The notes: generated by a model from the sequence alone, not told the origin. Counted from the stretch's first letter, positions 1-10,559 are shown. The stretch: 44,183 nucleotides of DNA from Candidatus Eiseniibacteriota bacterium (GCA_031364845.1 JANLWX010000049.1:1-44183), one strand, 5' to 3'. A program made the numbers and translations.

Positions 1-124
1 TGCCTTCCTTCGCCCGGCTCTGCATCGCGATGAAGTTCGGGATCGCGATCGCCGCGAGAATACCGATGATGACGACGACGATCATGAGCTCGATCAACGT
101 GAAGCCCTTCTGCTTGTTCAACAT
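1..124 (-). CDS. pilA: Type IVa pilin, N-terminal part (gene runs off the left edge)
   Basis: Not in the ORF track. Manual translation from ATG at 124 gives MLNKQKG|FTLIELMIVVVIIGILAAIAIPNFIAMQSRAKEG, a class III signal with G|F cleavage site and Glu+5. GGAGGA RBS at 134-139. Lies directly downstream of pilR, with a sigma54 promoter upstream. Confidence 0.93.
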   Translation of the reverse strand, partial: MLNKQKGFTLIELMIVVVIIGILAAIAIPNFIAMQSRAKEG

Positions 125-193
125 GGTGTCCACTCCTCCGAGTTGGGTTGGGGGCCGGGTCCTTCGTCTGTTTGTTGACCCACTGCTGTCTAC

Positions 194-209
194 AGCAACC
201 AGGGTGCCA
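194..209 (-). promoter_or_regulatory. sigma54 (-24/-12) promoter of the pilin gene
   Basis: Minus strand reads TGGCAC-CCTGG-TTGCT, an exact match to TGGCAC-N5-TTGC(A/T), about 70 nt upstream of the pilin ATG and next to the sigma54 activator pilR. Confidence 0.88.
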
Positions 210-303
210 TCAGCGATTGTCGCTGGACTTCGCTTCGAATCCCTGCTGGGCCTTGCGTTTATGAAACTCGCTTCAAATCTACTTGACACGGTCATCGGCG
301 GTT

Positions 304-378
304 TTCCGCGCAAACTTCATGCTGTGTTTCCGCATCCCGTGCATTCGGCATGTCCTTCTGCCCGCGCGTGCGGAATGC
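304..378. promoter_or_regulatory. Candidate PilR upstream activating sequences
   Basis: TTCCGC at 304 and TTCCGCA at 328. Inverted pair GCATTCGGCA (341-350) / TGCGGAATGC (369-378) is 9/10 complementary. Region is ~95-170 nt upstream of the -24 box. Confidence 0.4.
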
Positions 379-384
379 GATGCC

Positions 385-1812
<1,428 letters not shown>

Positions 1813-1850
1813 TCGATTCACCTCGCAGGGAGTTCTTCGGTGAGCTCCGG

Positions 1851-3518
1851 TCAAGCGGTCTGTGCCAATACAGCAACGGATCCCGGCAACGCCACGCGCA
1901 CGGTCGTGCCCCGGCCGGGTTCGCTCGCAACCGAGAGCGTGCCCCCATGCCGTTCGACGATCCGTTGGGCGATGGCCAGCCCCAGACCGGTGCCACGTTC
2001 CTTCGTCGTGAAGAAGGGTTGTCCCACCAGCTTCAAGTCTTCAGGCGCGATACCCACGCCGGTGTCCGCGAATTCGACAACGACCAGGTCGCCCTCGCTC
2101 TCTTCCCATCTCAGCGTGATCGTGCCCTTCGCTCCCACCGCCTCGAGGGCGTTGGCGGCGAGGTTCAGCCACACCTGCCGGATCAGTTCGCGATCCACGC
2201 GCACCGTCACCGGCTCTTCGCGACGGACGAAACGCACCGCCACTTCGGGCCCGCAGCGCGGGTCACGGGCGATCTGCTCGCGCAATTCCGCGAGCTGCTC
2301 GTCCAGATCCATCGTCTCCGGCGCCAGATCGCGCTCGCGCGAGTAGTTCAACAGGTCGGTCACGAAGCGATTGAGCCGCGCGCACTCGCGCTGGATCAGC
2401 TCCATGAGCACCGCATTCTCGCCCTCGAGCTTGATCTCTCTTTGTAGGCATTCGACCGATCCGCTGATCGGGTTGAGTCCATTGCGCAGTTCGTGCGCAA
2501 TTCCTGCCGCGAGCGCTCCGACTTCCGCGAGCGTCTGGTTGCGCCGGGCGCGGCGTTCCATCTCGCGGACTTCGGTCAGGTCCTGGAACACGGCGACCAC
2601 GCCGGTCACGTCCCCTTCGTGCATCAGAAGATTGGTCGAGATCCCGAGCGGCAGGGTGCGCCCGGTGACGCTCTTCATCATCAGCTCCGCGCGCGCGCGC
2701 GGGCTGCGCTTGTCGAGGGTCTCGAGCACCAGATCCCGCAGCGGCATCAGCCGCTCCGGAAGTGCCACGCCGATCGGACGCCCGCGCAATTCGAGCGTGC
2801 GCTGCGCCAGCACCTGTTCGGCGGCAGGATTCAGGTACGCGATGCTTCCCGATCCGTCGACCGTGAGGACGCCCGTCGTGAGGTGGCGCAGGATGACGTC
2901 GTTGTCGACGCGCACGCGATCCAGTTCGCGCGCGGTGCGCTCGAGATCGTCGCGCGTGCGCCGCACGCGCTCGCCGAGCACGCCGGCCAGCACACCCATC
3001 ATCCCGAGGAACGCCATCAGCAGCCTCGGCGCCGGCACCGCGCTCACCGTGGTGACCGCGGGCGTGGCGCCCAGCATGTGATCGATCCACGGCAGGCCGA
3101 GGAACCCGAGGCACGCCATCATTCCCGCGAACAGCCCGCCCGGGAGCTGTCCCAGCAGACCGCCCGAGATCACGACCAGCGCGAAGAACGGCACGAACTG
3201 GCTCTCGCGTCCGCCCGTGAGGGCAGCCACCGCCGTCACCAGTACCAGGTCGGCGGTGATCTGCACATAGGTCTGCACCACCAGCCCGCGCTTCAGATGA
3301 ACGCCGAGCGCGAACGCCGCCGACACCACGCCGACGCCGAGCAGCGCCCACCACAGCACCCACCACGAGGACTCCGACGAGGACGGCCCGAGCAGCACGC
3401 CGATCGGCAGGGCGAGCGTGGCGACGAGCAGACGTGCCCAGATCGCCGTCGCCAGCCCATGCCAGCGGTCGTTCACCGGATCCATCCGGTTCGGCTCGTG
3501 CCGGGTCGAGCCGTGCAT
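1851..3518 (-). CDS. pilS: Membrane sensor histidine kinase with PAS domain (PilS-like)
   Basis: About 6 N-terminal TM segments, PAS-like LTTGVLTVD...YLNPAAE, H-box IAHELRN, N-box NLAANA, DTGVGI, PFFTTK, GTGLGL. ATG at 3518 overlaps the pilC stop (TGATG). Confidence 0.88.
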   Translation of the reverse strand: MHGSTRHEPNRMDPVNDRWHGLATAIWARLLVATLALPIGVLLGPSSSESSWWVLWWALLGVGVVSAAFALGVHLKRGLVVQTYVQITADLVLVTAVAALTGGRESQFVPFFALVVISGGLLGQLPGGLFAGMMACLGFLGLPWIDHMLGATPAVTTVSAVPAPRLLMAFLGMMGVLAGVLGERVRRTRDDLERTARELDRVRVDNDVILRHLTTGVLTVDGSGSIAYLNPAAEQVLAQRTLELRGRPIGVALPERLMPLRDLVLETLDKRSPRARAELMMKSVTGRTLPLGISTNLLMHEGDVTGVVAVFQDLTEVREMERRARRNQTLAEVGALAAGIAHELRNGLNPISGSVECLQREIKLEGENAVLMELIQRECARLNRFVTDLLNYSRERDLAPETMDLDEQLAELREQIARDPRCGPEVAVRFVRREEPVTVRVDRELIRQVWLNLAANALEAVGAKGTITLRWEESEGDLVVVEFADTGVGIAPEDLKLVGQPFFTTKERGTGLGLAIAQRIVERHGGTLSVASEPGRGTTVRVALPGSVAVLAQTA

Positions 3519-4735
3519 CAACCGTTGCCCGCCACGACGCTGATAAGCTTGAACATCGGCAGATACATCGCGACGACCATGCCGCCGACGATACCGCCCA
3601 TGACGACGATCATGATCGGCTCGATCACCGACGTCATGGTGTCGACGGCCGTGTCGACCTCGGCCTCGTAAAACACAGCGATCTTCGTGAGCATCTCGTC
3701 CAGCGCGCCGGTCTGCTCGCCGACCGAGATCATCTGCACCACCATCGGCGGGAACACGCCCGACGCTTTGAGCGGTGCGGCCACCGTCTCGCCTTCGCGG
3801 ATCGAGGCGCGCGCGGTCATGATCGCTCCGGCGATCACCTTGTTGCCGGCGGTGCGCGCGGTGATCTCCAACCCGGACAGAATCGGTACGCCGGACGCGA
3901 TCAGCGTGCCGAGCGTGCGCGTGAAGCGCGCGACCCCGCCCTTCAGCAGTACGTCGCCGATGATCGGCATCTTCAGCATCGCTTGGTCGACGGCAAACTT
4001 CCCATCCTCGGTCGCGTGATAGCGCTTGAAAGCGAATACGGCCGTCACGATCGCGAGCACGAACGCCCACCACCAGCTGGTGAGGATGTTCGAGGCGCCG
4101 AGAACGATCTTGGTCGGCAGCGGCAGCTCACCGCCGAAGTCCATGAACATCTTGGCGAACGTCGGGATGATGAAGATGAGCATGAACGCGGTGGCGCCGA
4201 GTGCGACCGTGAGCACGACCGCCGGGTAGACCATCGCGCTCTGGATCTTGCGCTTCAGCGCGTCGGCCTTCTCGATGTAGGTCGCGAGGCGCATCAGGAT
4301 CTCGTCGAGCACACCGCCCGCTTCGCCGGCCGCCACCATGTTGCGGAACAGGTCGTCGAACACGCGGCGGTGCTTGCCGAGCGCATCGGACAGGGTCGAG
4401 CCGGCTTCGACGTCGCGCGTGATGTCGGTGATGATCTGACCGAACGCGGGCTTTGTGGCCTGGCGCGCGAGAATGTCGAGACACTGGACGAGCGGAAGAC
4501 CGGCCGAGATCATGGTCGCGAACTGGCGCGTGAAGATCGCGAGGTCCTTGGTGGACACGCTGACGCCGCCGCCCAGCTTCGGCAACGCGAAGCCGCCCGC
4601 CTTCTGCTTCATCGAGGTGACGAGGATCTTCTTGCGGCGCAGAAGGTCGATCGCCTCCTCCTGCTTCGCCACTTCGATCTCACCGGCCTGGGTTTCCCCG
4701 GCCAGCGTGCGCCCCTTCCATACGAACACCGGCAT
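3518..4735 (-). CDS. pilC: Type IV pilus inner-membrane platform protein (GspF/PilC family)
   Basis: FTRQFATMISAGLPL, MVAAGEAGG, MVYP, VGEQTG, IEPIMI..MYLPMF motifs; position in the pilB-pilT-pilC cluster. Confidence 0.95.
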   Translation of the reverse strand: MPVFVWKGRTLAGETQAGEIEVAKQEEAIDLLRRKKILVTSMKQKAGGFALPKLGGGVSVSTKDLAIFTRQFATMISAGLPLVQCLDILARQATKPAFGQIITDITRDVEAGSTLSDALGKHRRVFDDLFRNMVAAGEAGGVLDEILMRLATYIEKADALKRKIQSAMVYPAVVLTVALGATAFMLIFIIPTFAKMFMDFGGELPLPTKIVLGASNILTSWWWAFVLAIVTAVFAFKRYHATEDGKFAVDQAMLKMPIIGDVLLKGGVARFTRTLGTLIASGVPILSGLEITARTAGNKVIAGAIMTARASIREGETVAAPLKASGVFPPMVVQMISVGEQTGALDEMLTKIAVFYEAEVDTAVDTMTSVIEPIMIVVMGGIVGGMVVAMYLPMFKLISVVAGNG

Positions 4736-4847
4736 ATCGTCTCCTATCGTTTGCCCAGACTTCTCTCAATCCTCTTCAAGTGCGCATCCCTGCCGCCCGT
4801 CGTCCGTGCTCCCGGCGCCGCTCCGAGCGCGGCGTCCGGCTCGCGGG

Positions 4848-5918
4848 TCAGGCCGCGCGAACCTTGCTGACCATCGCCTCCAGTTCGTTGCGATCCGACG
4901 AGCGCTCGAGCGCGTCGTCCGTGCTCAGCGCTCCATCGAGCACCGCCTGGAGCAGCGCCTGATTCATCGTCTGGATCCCGTACTTCTGGCCCGCCTGCAT
5001 CAGGCTGTAGACCTGATGGATTTTGCCTTCGCGGATCACCGTGCGGATCGCGGGCGTGCACACCAGCACCTCCGCGCACATCACGCGGCCACCGCCGTAG
5101 CGGCGCGGCACCAGCTGCTGCGTGACCACGCCTTCGAGCGTGAACGCGAGCTGCGTGAGGATCTGACGCTGCTGATTCGCCGGGAACACGTCGACGATGC
5201 GGTTGACCGCTTCGTAGCTCGAGTTCGTGTGCAGGGTGGCGAGCACCAGGTGGCCGGTCTCGGCCAGCGTCAGCGCCGCTTCGATCGTCTCCAGGTCGCG
5301 CAGCTCGCCGATCAGGATCACGTCGGGGTCCTGGCGCAGCACGTACTTGAGCGCCATCGGGAACGACTCCGTGTCCGATCCCAGCTCGCGCTGGTTGACG
5401 ATGCACTTCTTGTGGCTGTGGACGTACTCGATCGGGTCCTCGACGGTGATGATGTGGCTGCGCCGCGTGTTGTTGATGTGATCGATCATCGCCGCGAGGG
5501 TGGTCGACTTGCCGCTGCCGGTCGGCCCGGTCACGAGCACCAGTCCCTTGAGGCTGTCGGCGAAACCGGTCACCACCTTCGGCAGACCGAGCTTGCTCAG
5601 CTCGAGGATCTCGTAGGGAATTCTTCGGATCACCATCGAGACCACACCGCGCTGCAGGAACACGTTGCCGCGGAATCGCGACAGCCCCTTGATGCCGAAC
5701 GAGAAGTCGAGCTCCTTGCGGTTCTCGAAGCGCTTGCGCTGCTCGTCCGACATCACGCTGTAGGCGAGCTGGGCGGTGGTCTCGGGCGTGAGCACCTCCT
5801 CCTCGCGCGGCATGATGGCGCCGTCGATGCGGAATCCGGGCGGCACGCCCGCCGTAACATGCAGATCGGATGCCTTCAACTGGACCATGTCTTCGAGCAG
5901 CTTGCGCAGCAGGATCAC
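4848..5918 (-). CDS. pilT: Type IV pilus retraction ATPase
   Basis: ASDLH, Walker A GPTGSGKST, TVEDPIE, LRQDPDVILIGELRD, AETGHLV.ATLH, and AIRTVIRE (AIRNLIRE-type) motif. GTG start with AAGGAG RBS. Confidence 0.95.
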   Translation of the reverse strand: MILLRKLLEDMVQLKASDLHVTAGVPPGFRIDGAIMPREEEVLTPETTAQLAYSVMSDEQRKRFENRKELDFSFGIKGLSRFRGNVFLQRGVVSMVIRRIPYEILELSKLGLPKVVTGFADSLKGLVLVTGPTGSGKSTTLAAMIDHINNTRRSHIITVEDPIEYVHSHKKCIVNQRELGSDTESFPMALKYVLRQDPDVILIGELRDLETIEAALTLAETGHLVLATLHTNSSYEAVNRIVDVFPANQQRQILTQLAFTLEGVVTQQLVPRRYGGGRVMCAEVLVCTPAIRTVIREGKIHQVYSLMQAGQKYGIQTMNQALLQAVLDGALSTDDALERSSDRNELEAMVSKVRAA

Positions 5919-5953
5919 TGTTCACTCCTTGCATGTGATGCGTTGCCGTCCGA

Positions 5954-7684
5954 CTACAGATCGTCCGAGGCCGTTTCCTTGAGCACTTCTTCCGCCGAGG
6001 TGATGCCGCGTTTCAGCTTCTCGATCGCGTCCCGCCGCAGCGTCAGCATTCCTTCGCCGATCGCGACTTTCTTGATCTCGTTCGCCGAAGCGCGATCGAG
6101 GATCATCTCGCGCAGCGCGGGCGACATCGCCATCACTTCGTAGACGCCCTGGCGTCCGCGGTAGCCGGTGTTGTTGCAGTCGACGCACCCGCCGCCGTTG
6201 CGGAACTCGAAGTCTTTGAATTCCGTGGCGTCGATCTGGAGTTCGTTGAGGACTTCCTCGGGCAGCTTGATCGGCTGCTTGCATCCGTTGCAGATACGCC
6301 GCACGAGGCGCTGGGCGAGGACCAGGTTCACCGACGACGAGACGAGGAACGGCTCGATGCCCATGTCGATGAGTCGTCCGATCGCCGACGCGGCGTCGTT
6401 GGTGTGCAACGTCGAGAGCACGAGATGTCCGGTGAGCGCGGCCTTGACCGCGATCGAGCCGGTGTCGATGTCGCGGATTTCGCCGACCATGATGATGTTG
6501 GGGTCCTGTCGCAGGAACGCCTTGAGCGCCGCGGAGAACGAGAGTCCGACGTCTTCGTGGACCAGCACCTGATTGATGCCGTCGAGGTTGTACTCGACCG
6601 GATCCTCGGCGGTCATGATGTTGACTTCGGGCGTATTCACCCGCGAGAGCGCCGAGTAGAGCGTCGTCGTCTTGCCGGAGCCGGTCGGCCCGGTGACCAG
6701 CACCATTCCGTACGGCATCGCGATCGCGGACGTGAACGACTTGAACGAGCCCGGCTCGAATCCGAGCTTCTCGAGATCGATGTTGAGATTGGTCTTGTCG
6801 AGGATTCGCATGACGATCTTCTCGCCGAAGATCGTCGGCAGGCTCGAAACGCGCAGGTCGATGGTGCGGTTCATGACTTTGATCTTGATGCGGCCGTCCT
6901 GCGGCACGCGGCGTTCGGCGATGTCGAGCTCGGCCATGATCTTCAGTCGCGACAGCACGGCCGCCTTGAACTTGAACGGCGGCGCCATCATCTCGTGCAG
7001 CATGCCGTCGATGCGGAACCGCACGCGCATCATCTTCTCGTAGGGCTCGATGTGGATGTCCGAAGCCCCCTTGCGCACCGCATCGGCGATCAGCGAGTTG
7101 ACCAGCTTGACGATCGGCGCTTCGTCCGCGCCCGCGTAGCCGGGGTCTGTGTCTTCCTCTTCCTCGACCACCGACAGTTCGTCTTCCATGCCGCGCATGA
7201 CGTCGGCCATGGTGCCGGCCGAGTCGTACGCGCGGTCGATCGCGCGTTTGAGCGCGGCTTCGGTCGCGACGTGCGCTTCGACTTCGTAGCCGGTGATGAA
7301 CTTGATGTCGTCGTTGGCGAAGATGTTGGTCGGATTCGACATCGCGACCACGAGACGGCGGCCGTTGCGCTGAACCGGCAGCGCCATGAACTTGGACGCG
7401 ACTTCGCCGGGGATCAGGCGGGTCAGCGTCGGGTCCGGCTCGTAGTTGCGAAGATCCATCGGCGGCGCGCTGTAATGGCGTGACAGAAACCCCAGCAAAG
7501 CCTCTTCCGAGATCGCACCGATCTTGACGAGGTTGCCGGTGATGCTGTCGCCGAGGTTCTTCTGCTGCTGGGCGGCCTTGTGGAGCATGGTCTTGTCGAC
7601 CAGCCCGGCCTCCAGCAGCTTCTGACCGATATCTTCCTGCACGCGCGTCAGTTCCCTGGGTTCGAGTTCGCTGGAGGCTGCCAT
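5954..7684 (-). CDS. pilB: Type IV pilus assembly ATPase
   Basis: ASDIHIEP, RFRIDG, ERRVPQDGR, GPTGSGKTTT, LRQDPNIIMVGEIRD, tetracysteine CNGC...CVDC, and an N-terminal MshEN-like segment. Confidence 0.95.
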   Translation of the reverse strand: MAASSELEPRELTRVQEDIGQKLLEAGLVDKTMLHKAAQQQKNLGDSITGNLVKIGAISEEALLGFLSRHYSAPPMDLRNYEPDPTLTRLIPGEVASKFMALPVQRNGRRLVVAMSNPTNIFANDDIKFITGYEVEAHVATEAALKRAIDRAYDSAGTMADVMRGMEDELSVVEEEEDTDPGYAGADEAPIVKLVNSLIADAVRKGASDIHIEPYEKMMRVRFRIDGMLHEMMAPPFKFKAAVLSRLKIMAELDIAERRVPQDGRIKIKVMNRTIDLRVSSLPTIFGEKIVMRILDKTNLNIDLEKLGFEPGSFKSFTSAIAMPYGMVLVTGPTGSGKTTTLYSALSRVNTPEVNIMTAEDPVEYNLDGINQVLVHEDVGLSFSAALKAFLRQDPNIIMVGEIRDIDTGSIAVKAALTGHLVLSTLHTNDAASAIGRLIDMGIEPFLVSSSVNLVLAQRLVRRICNGCKQPIKLPEEVLNELQIDATEFKDFEFRNGGGCVDCNNTGYRGRQGVYEVMAMSPALREMILDRASANEIKKVAIGEGMLTLRRDAIEKLKRGITSAEEVLKETASDDL

Positions 7685-7711
7685 CGCGACGCCGGGGGCC
7701 GCGCGCCATCA

Positions 7712-7727
7712 CGCAAGCGCCATGCCT
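7712..7727 (-). promoter_or_regulatory. Candidate sigma54 promoter upstream of pilB
   Basis: Minus strand AGGCAT-GGCGC-TTGCG has the correct GG-N10-GC spacing with TTGC, 27 nt upstream of the pilB ATG. Confidence 0.45.
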
Positions 7728-7814
7728 TGCAGACTGCCCGGCACGGACGTTCGTAATGAGCCGCGCAGCGCGGTTCCGAGCGGGTATCGGAAGAACCCCT
7801 CCCGCGGCTGAACC

Positions 7815-7855
7815 AAAAACTGCATGCGCGCCCGCAATACTTCGTGCGCGCTGCA
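7815..7855 (-). terminator. Possible intrinsic terminator after comEA
   Basis: Minus strand TGCAGCGCGC-loop-GCGCGCATGCA followed by GTTTTT, immediately after the comEA stop. The loop is long (14 nt), so the call is weak. Confidence 0.35.
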
Positions 7856-7862
7856 ATGGTTC

Positions 7863-8285
7863 TCACCGGTGCGGAGGCGCCGAAACGGTGACGAACGGAG
7901 CCAGCCGAGCGGCCAGTGCGGGCCCGATGCCGGGCACCGCGATCAGTTCGGCGGGGTCGCGAAACGGACCGTGGTGTTCGCGGTGGGCCACGATGCGGGA
8001 CGCGAGGACCGGCCCGATCCCGGGCAGCCGGTCGAGCTCCGTCACGGTCGCGCGGTTGAGATCGACCGTGGGCGTTGAAGCCGGCGCGGGCGCGGGAGTT
8101 GGAGCCGGCAGCGAACCTTGATCGGAGACCCGCCCCGGATCAGGAGCGGTCCCGGAGGTGGTGGCCGGCACCGGCGGCGCGGGTTGCGCCCGGTCCAGCC
8201 GCCACTGGTCGTAGGCCGCTCCGATCAGCAGCACGAGCACGATCACCAGCGCGCCACGGCGCTCGGAAGGAGTGAGCGCGAGCAG
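7863..8285 (-). CDS. comEA: ComEA-family helix-hairpin-helix DNA-binding protein
   Basis: N-terminal TM anchor, Pro/Ala linker, VDLNRAT..EL..LPGIGP.LA.RIV..R...GPF...EL..VPGIGP. The frame stays open upstream of GTG 8246 to a CTG at 8285 with GGAG 5 nt upstream. Start is uncertain. Confidence 0.88.
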   Translation of the reverse strand: MLALTPSERRGALVIVLVLLIGAAYDQWRLDRAQPAPPVPATTSGTAPDPGRVSDQGSLPAPTPAPAPASTPTVDLNRATVTELDRLPGIGPVLASRIVAHREHHGPFRDPAELIAVPGIGPALAARLAPFVTVSAPPHR

Positions 8286-8340
8286 GGAAGCTCCGCGGGG
8301 GCGGGTTCGAAGTTTGCTAGCTACTTATTTCAGCGGTACT

Positions 8341-10128
8341 TCAGTTCGCGAGCTTCAACGTGACCGTGAAGCGAAACTCCCGCCCGGCGCTCACGGCTTC
8401 CGAAAGGGTCGCGGTGTCGAGCCATGTCTCCTCGCGGATCACATCCTCGAGGTTGCGCACCCGCAGGGCGATCACCGCGTCGGCCAAGGTGACCGCGATC
8501 GAGGCGTAGCTGGTGACGTAGGCCGGCAGTTCGCGGGCCTCGAGCCCTTCGCTCACGCGCGGGCCGACGGCCTCGGCACCCAGGCGCGCGAACACGCCGA
8601 GGTCGCCTTCGAAGAACGACCGGCGATACCCGGATTCGGCGCGCATGCCGAACGACGGATCGACGGCGACGGCGTCGGGGTTGTCCGAGCGCGCGAGCGC
8701 GTAACCTTCGCCGCGCAGGTCGAAGCGGCCGCCGCGCCAGTCCCCGCTCGCGCCTGCGAGTACGAACGTGTACGGATCGGGATCGGCGTGAAATCCTTCG
8801 CGCAGCCACAACTCTTCGATCGGCTGGCGCGACACAAGCGCGCGATCGCGGCTGCGACCGGCGATCGCGAATCCGCGCAACGCGTGTGAGCCGCCACGGA
8901 TCCTCACATCGGCGACTCCGGCCCACGTCGACTGGAGGAACGGCGCTTCGCCCGGCTCGAGATCGCTCCACACCACCCACAACGCGCGCGAAACGCCGGT
9001 GCGCACCGACCACTGCGCGCGCTCGATGCGATACGTCAGCGATGGCGCCACGTCCACTCCGTCAAAGGTTCCATGACGTCCGGCGCCCACCGCGCCTTCG
9101 ACCCGGCCCGGACCCGCGACCATCGCGAGGCTCGCCGAGCCGTACGCCCAGCGTGCGCCGTTCTCGAATCCGCCTTCCTCCCCCACGCGGCGCACTTCCG
9201 ACTCGGCCGCGTGAATCCGGGTCTCGAACGCGAGGCGCTCTCCGCTCCAGCCCGCGCCGACATCGCCGCGATTCGTCTGCGCGTCGCGGCGCGACCACGA
9301 CAGGAATCCGCCGAAGCTCTCGTGCGTGTCGTAAGCGCGCTCAGCGCCGAAGCCCCACCAGCGCCCGCGGTCCGCATGACGGTAGCGGAGGTATCCCGAT
9401 CCGCCGCGCACGGCTTCCTCTTCTCCACCGCGCACCAGCAGCGCGGCCCCGCGATGGCCGAATCCGCCTTCGATCCGGTGTGCGGCACGCGACCACTGCG
9501 TGGCGATCTGCCACTGATGGCGGCCCGAGCGATCGAGCGATCCCGCGGCGAGATGGCTTCCGGTCGAAACCTCGGCGCGCGTCCAGTTCAGCGAATCACC
9601 GCGCTCGATCGCGAGCGCGTTGTCATCGAACCCGAAGCTGCCGCCCGAAAGATGGATGACGCCGCGCGTGCGCCGCTCCTGCACTTCTTCGGGCACCGCA
9701 ATCGCGGTGGCCAGCGTTCCCTGGAAACCTTCGCGCACCGCACCCAGCAGCGGAGCGAACATGATCGAGTCGTAGGTCGCGAGACTCGAAGACACCGAGA
9801 GCACACCGGGGAACGGCGAGCCGGGCTCGACGCGTCCGTGCAAGTCCGTGGACCACGCGCCGGCCGCGAGCCCCGCGATCGTGCGCGGAAACGCGGTGCC
9901 GAACCATGCCTGGCCCGTCATGCCCGCGCGCCCGGGCTCCGACCACCACGCGGCGGCGTCGGGCAGGCCCGCCGTCATGAAGTCGAACCCGCTCCCGGCC
10001 GGCGACTGAGCGCCCGCCGGGGAAACGAAAACGATCAGGACGAGAGACGCGGCCGATACGATTCGAGCACGCCGACCAGCGGAGCGCCCAGCGTGCCGAA
10101 CAGGCCCGCGTTGGTTGCCATGTGCCAT
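8341..10128 (-). CDS. Outer-membrane beta-barrel protein (putative porin / TonB-receptor-like barrel)
   Basis: Signal-peptide-like RRARIVSAASLVLIVFVSPAGA|Q, amphipathic beta-strands throughout, and C-terminal VRNLED...GREFRFTVTLKLAN resembling TonB-receptor/porin C-termini. Start is uncertain. Confidence 0.65.
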   Translation of the reverse strand: MAHGNQRGPVRHAGRSAGRRARIVSAASLVLIVFVSPAGAQSPAGSGFDFMTAGLPDAAAWWSEPGRAGMTGQAWFGTAFPRTIAGLAAGAWSTDLHGRVEPGSPFPGVLSVSSSLATYDSIMFAPLLGAVREGFQGTLATAIAVPEEVQERRTRGVIHLSGGSFGFDDNALAIERGDSLNWTRAEVSTGSHLAAGSLDRSGRHQWQIATQWSRAAHRIEGGFGHRGAALLVRGGEEEAVRGGSGYLRYRHADRGRWWGFGAERAYDTHESFGGFLSWSRRDAQTNRGDVGAGWSGERLAFETRIHAAESEVRRVGEEGGFENGARWAYGSASLAMVAGPGRVEGAVGAGRHGTFDGVDVAPSLTYRIERAQWSVRTGVSRALWVVWSDLEPGEAPFLQSTWAGVADVRIRGGSHALRGFAIAGRSRDRALVSRQPIEELWLREGFHADPDPYTFVLAGASGDWRGGRFDLRGEGYALARSDNPDAVAVDPSFGMRAESGYRRSFFEGDLGVFARLGAEAVGPRVSEGLEARELPAYVTSYASIAVTLADAVIALRVRNLEDVIREETWLDTATLSEAVSAGREFRFTVTLKLAN

Positions 10129-10559
10129 AGCGCGAACGGTATCCCTCCGATGAGTGTGGCGCGCATCTGCCCGAACAGAATACCCGTTGCGACATTCGTG
10201 ATCGTGTCGAACACCGCGGTGAGCGCGATCCCGAGTACGACCAATACCGCGATGCGGATCCCGAGCCGCGCGCGGCCGAGTCCCATCCGTGCGGCGATGC
10301 CGCCCACCGCACCGGTGATGGCTTCACCGGTCACCTGCGCCAGCATCACGAGCGGATGTGCCGCACCGTACGGGTTGAGCACGGTGAAGATCAGCATCGT
10401 GACGCCTCCCACCAGTGCGCCGTCCCGCGATCCCAGCAGCACGCCCGCGGCGAACACCACCAGCGTCAGCAACTCGAAGTTCGGGATCGTCTCCGCATAG
10501 ACGCCGGTGAGTCCGAGCGCCACCATCAGGGCGGCATAGGACAACCGGCGCATGGACAT
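10035..10559 (-). CDS. ECF transporter substrate-binding S component (CbrT-like)
   Basis: About 174 aa, very hydrophobic (5-6 TM). AALMVAL (AxxxA) in helix 1, then IPNFEL and G.LLG...GALVG...LNPYG, typical of ECF S components. PNxEL resembles the cobalamin-type CbrT group. Confidence 0.75.
   Translation of the reverse strand: MSMRRLSYAALMVALGLTGVYAETIPNFELLTLVVFAAGVLLGSRDGALVGGVTMLIFTVLNPYGAAHPLVMLAQVTGEAITGAVGGIAARMGLGRARLGIRIAVLVVLGIALTAVFDTITNVATGILFGQMRATLIGGIPFALWHMATNAGLFGTLGAPLVGVLESYRPRLSS

Noticed and set aside
3519..4073. N-terminal extensions of ORF-track calls (pilS to 4073, hutU to 20492, helicase to 24579, Omp85 to 26227, porV to 36449, porU to 40704)
   Set aside because: They overlap upstream genes in another frame; better starts with RBS or stop/start overlaps exist.
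7685..7862. c-di-GMP (GEMM) riboswitch before pilB
   Set aside because: No GGCAAA...GAAA / GC(C)AG consensus found; the region is better explained by a hairpin, a palindrome and a sigma54-like site.
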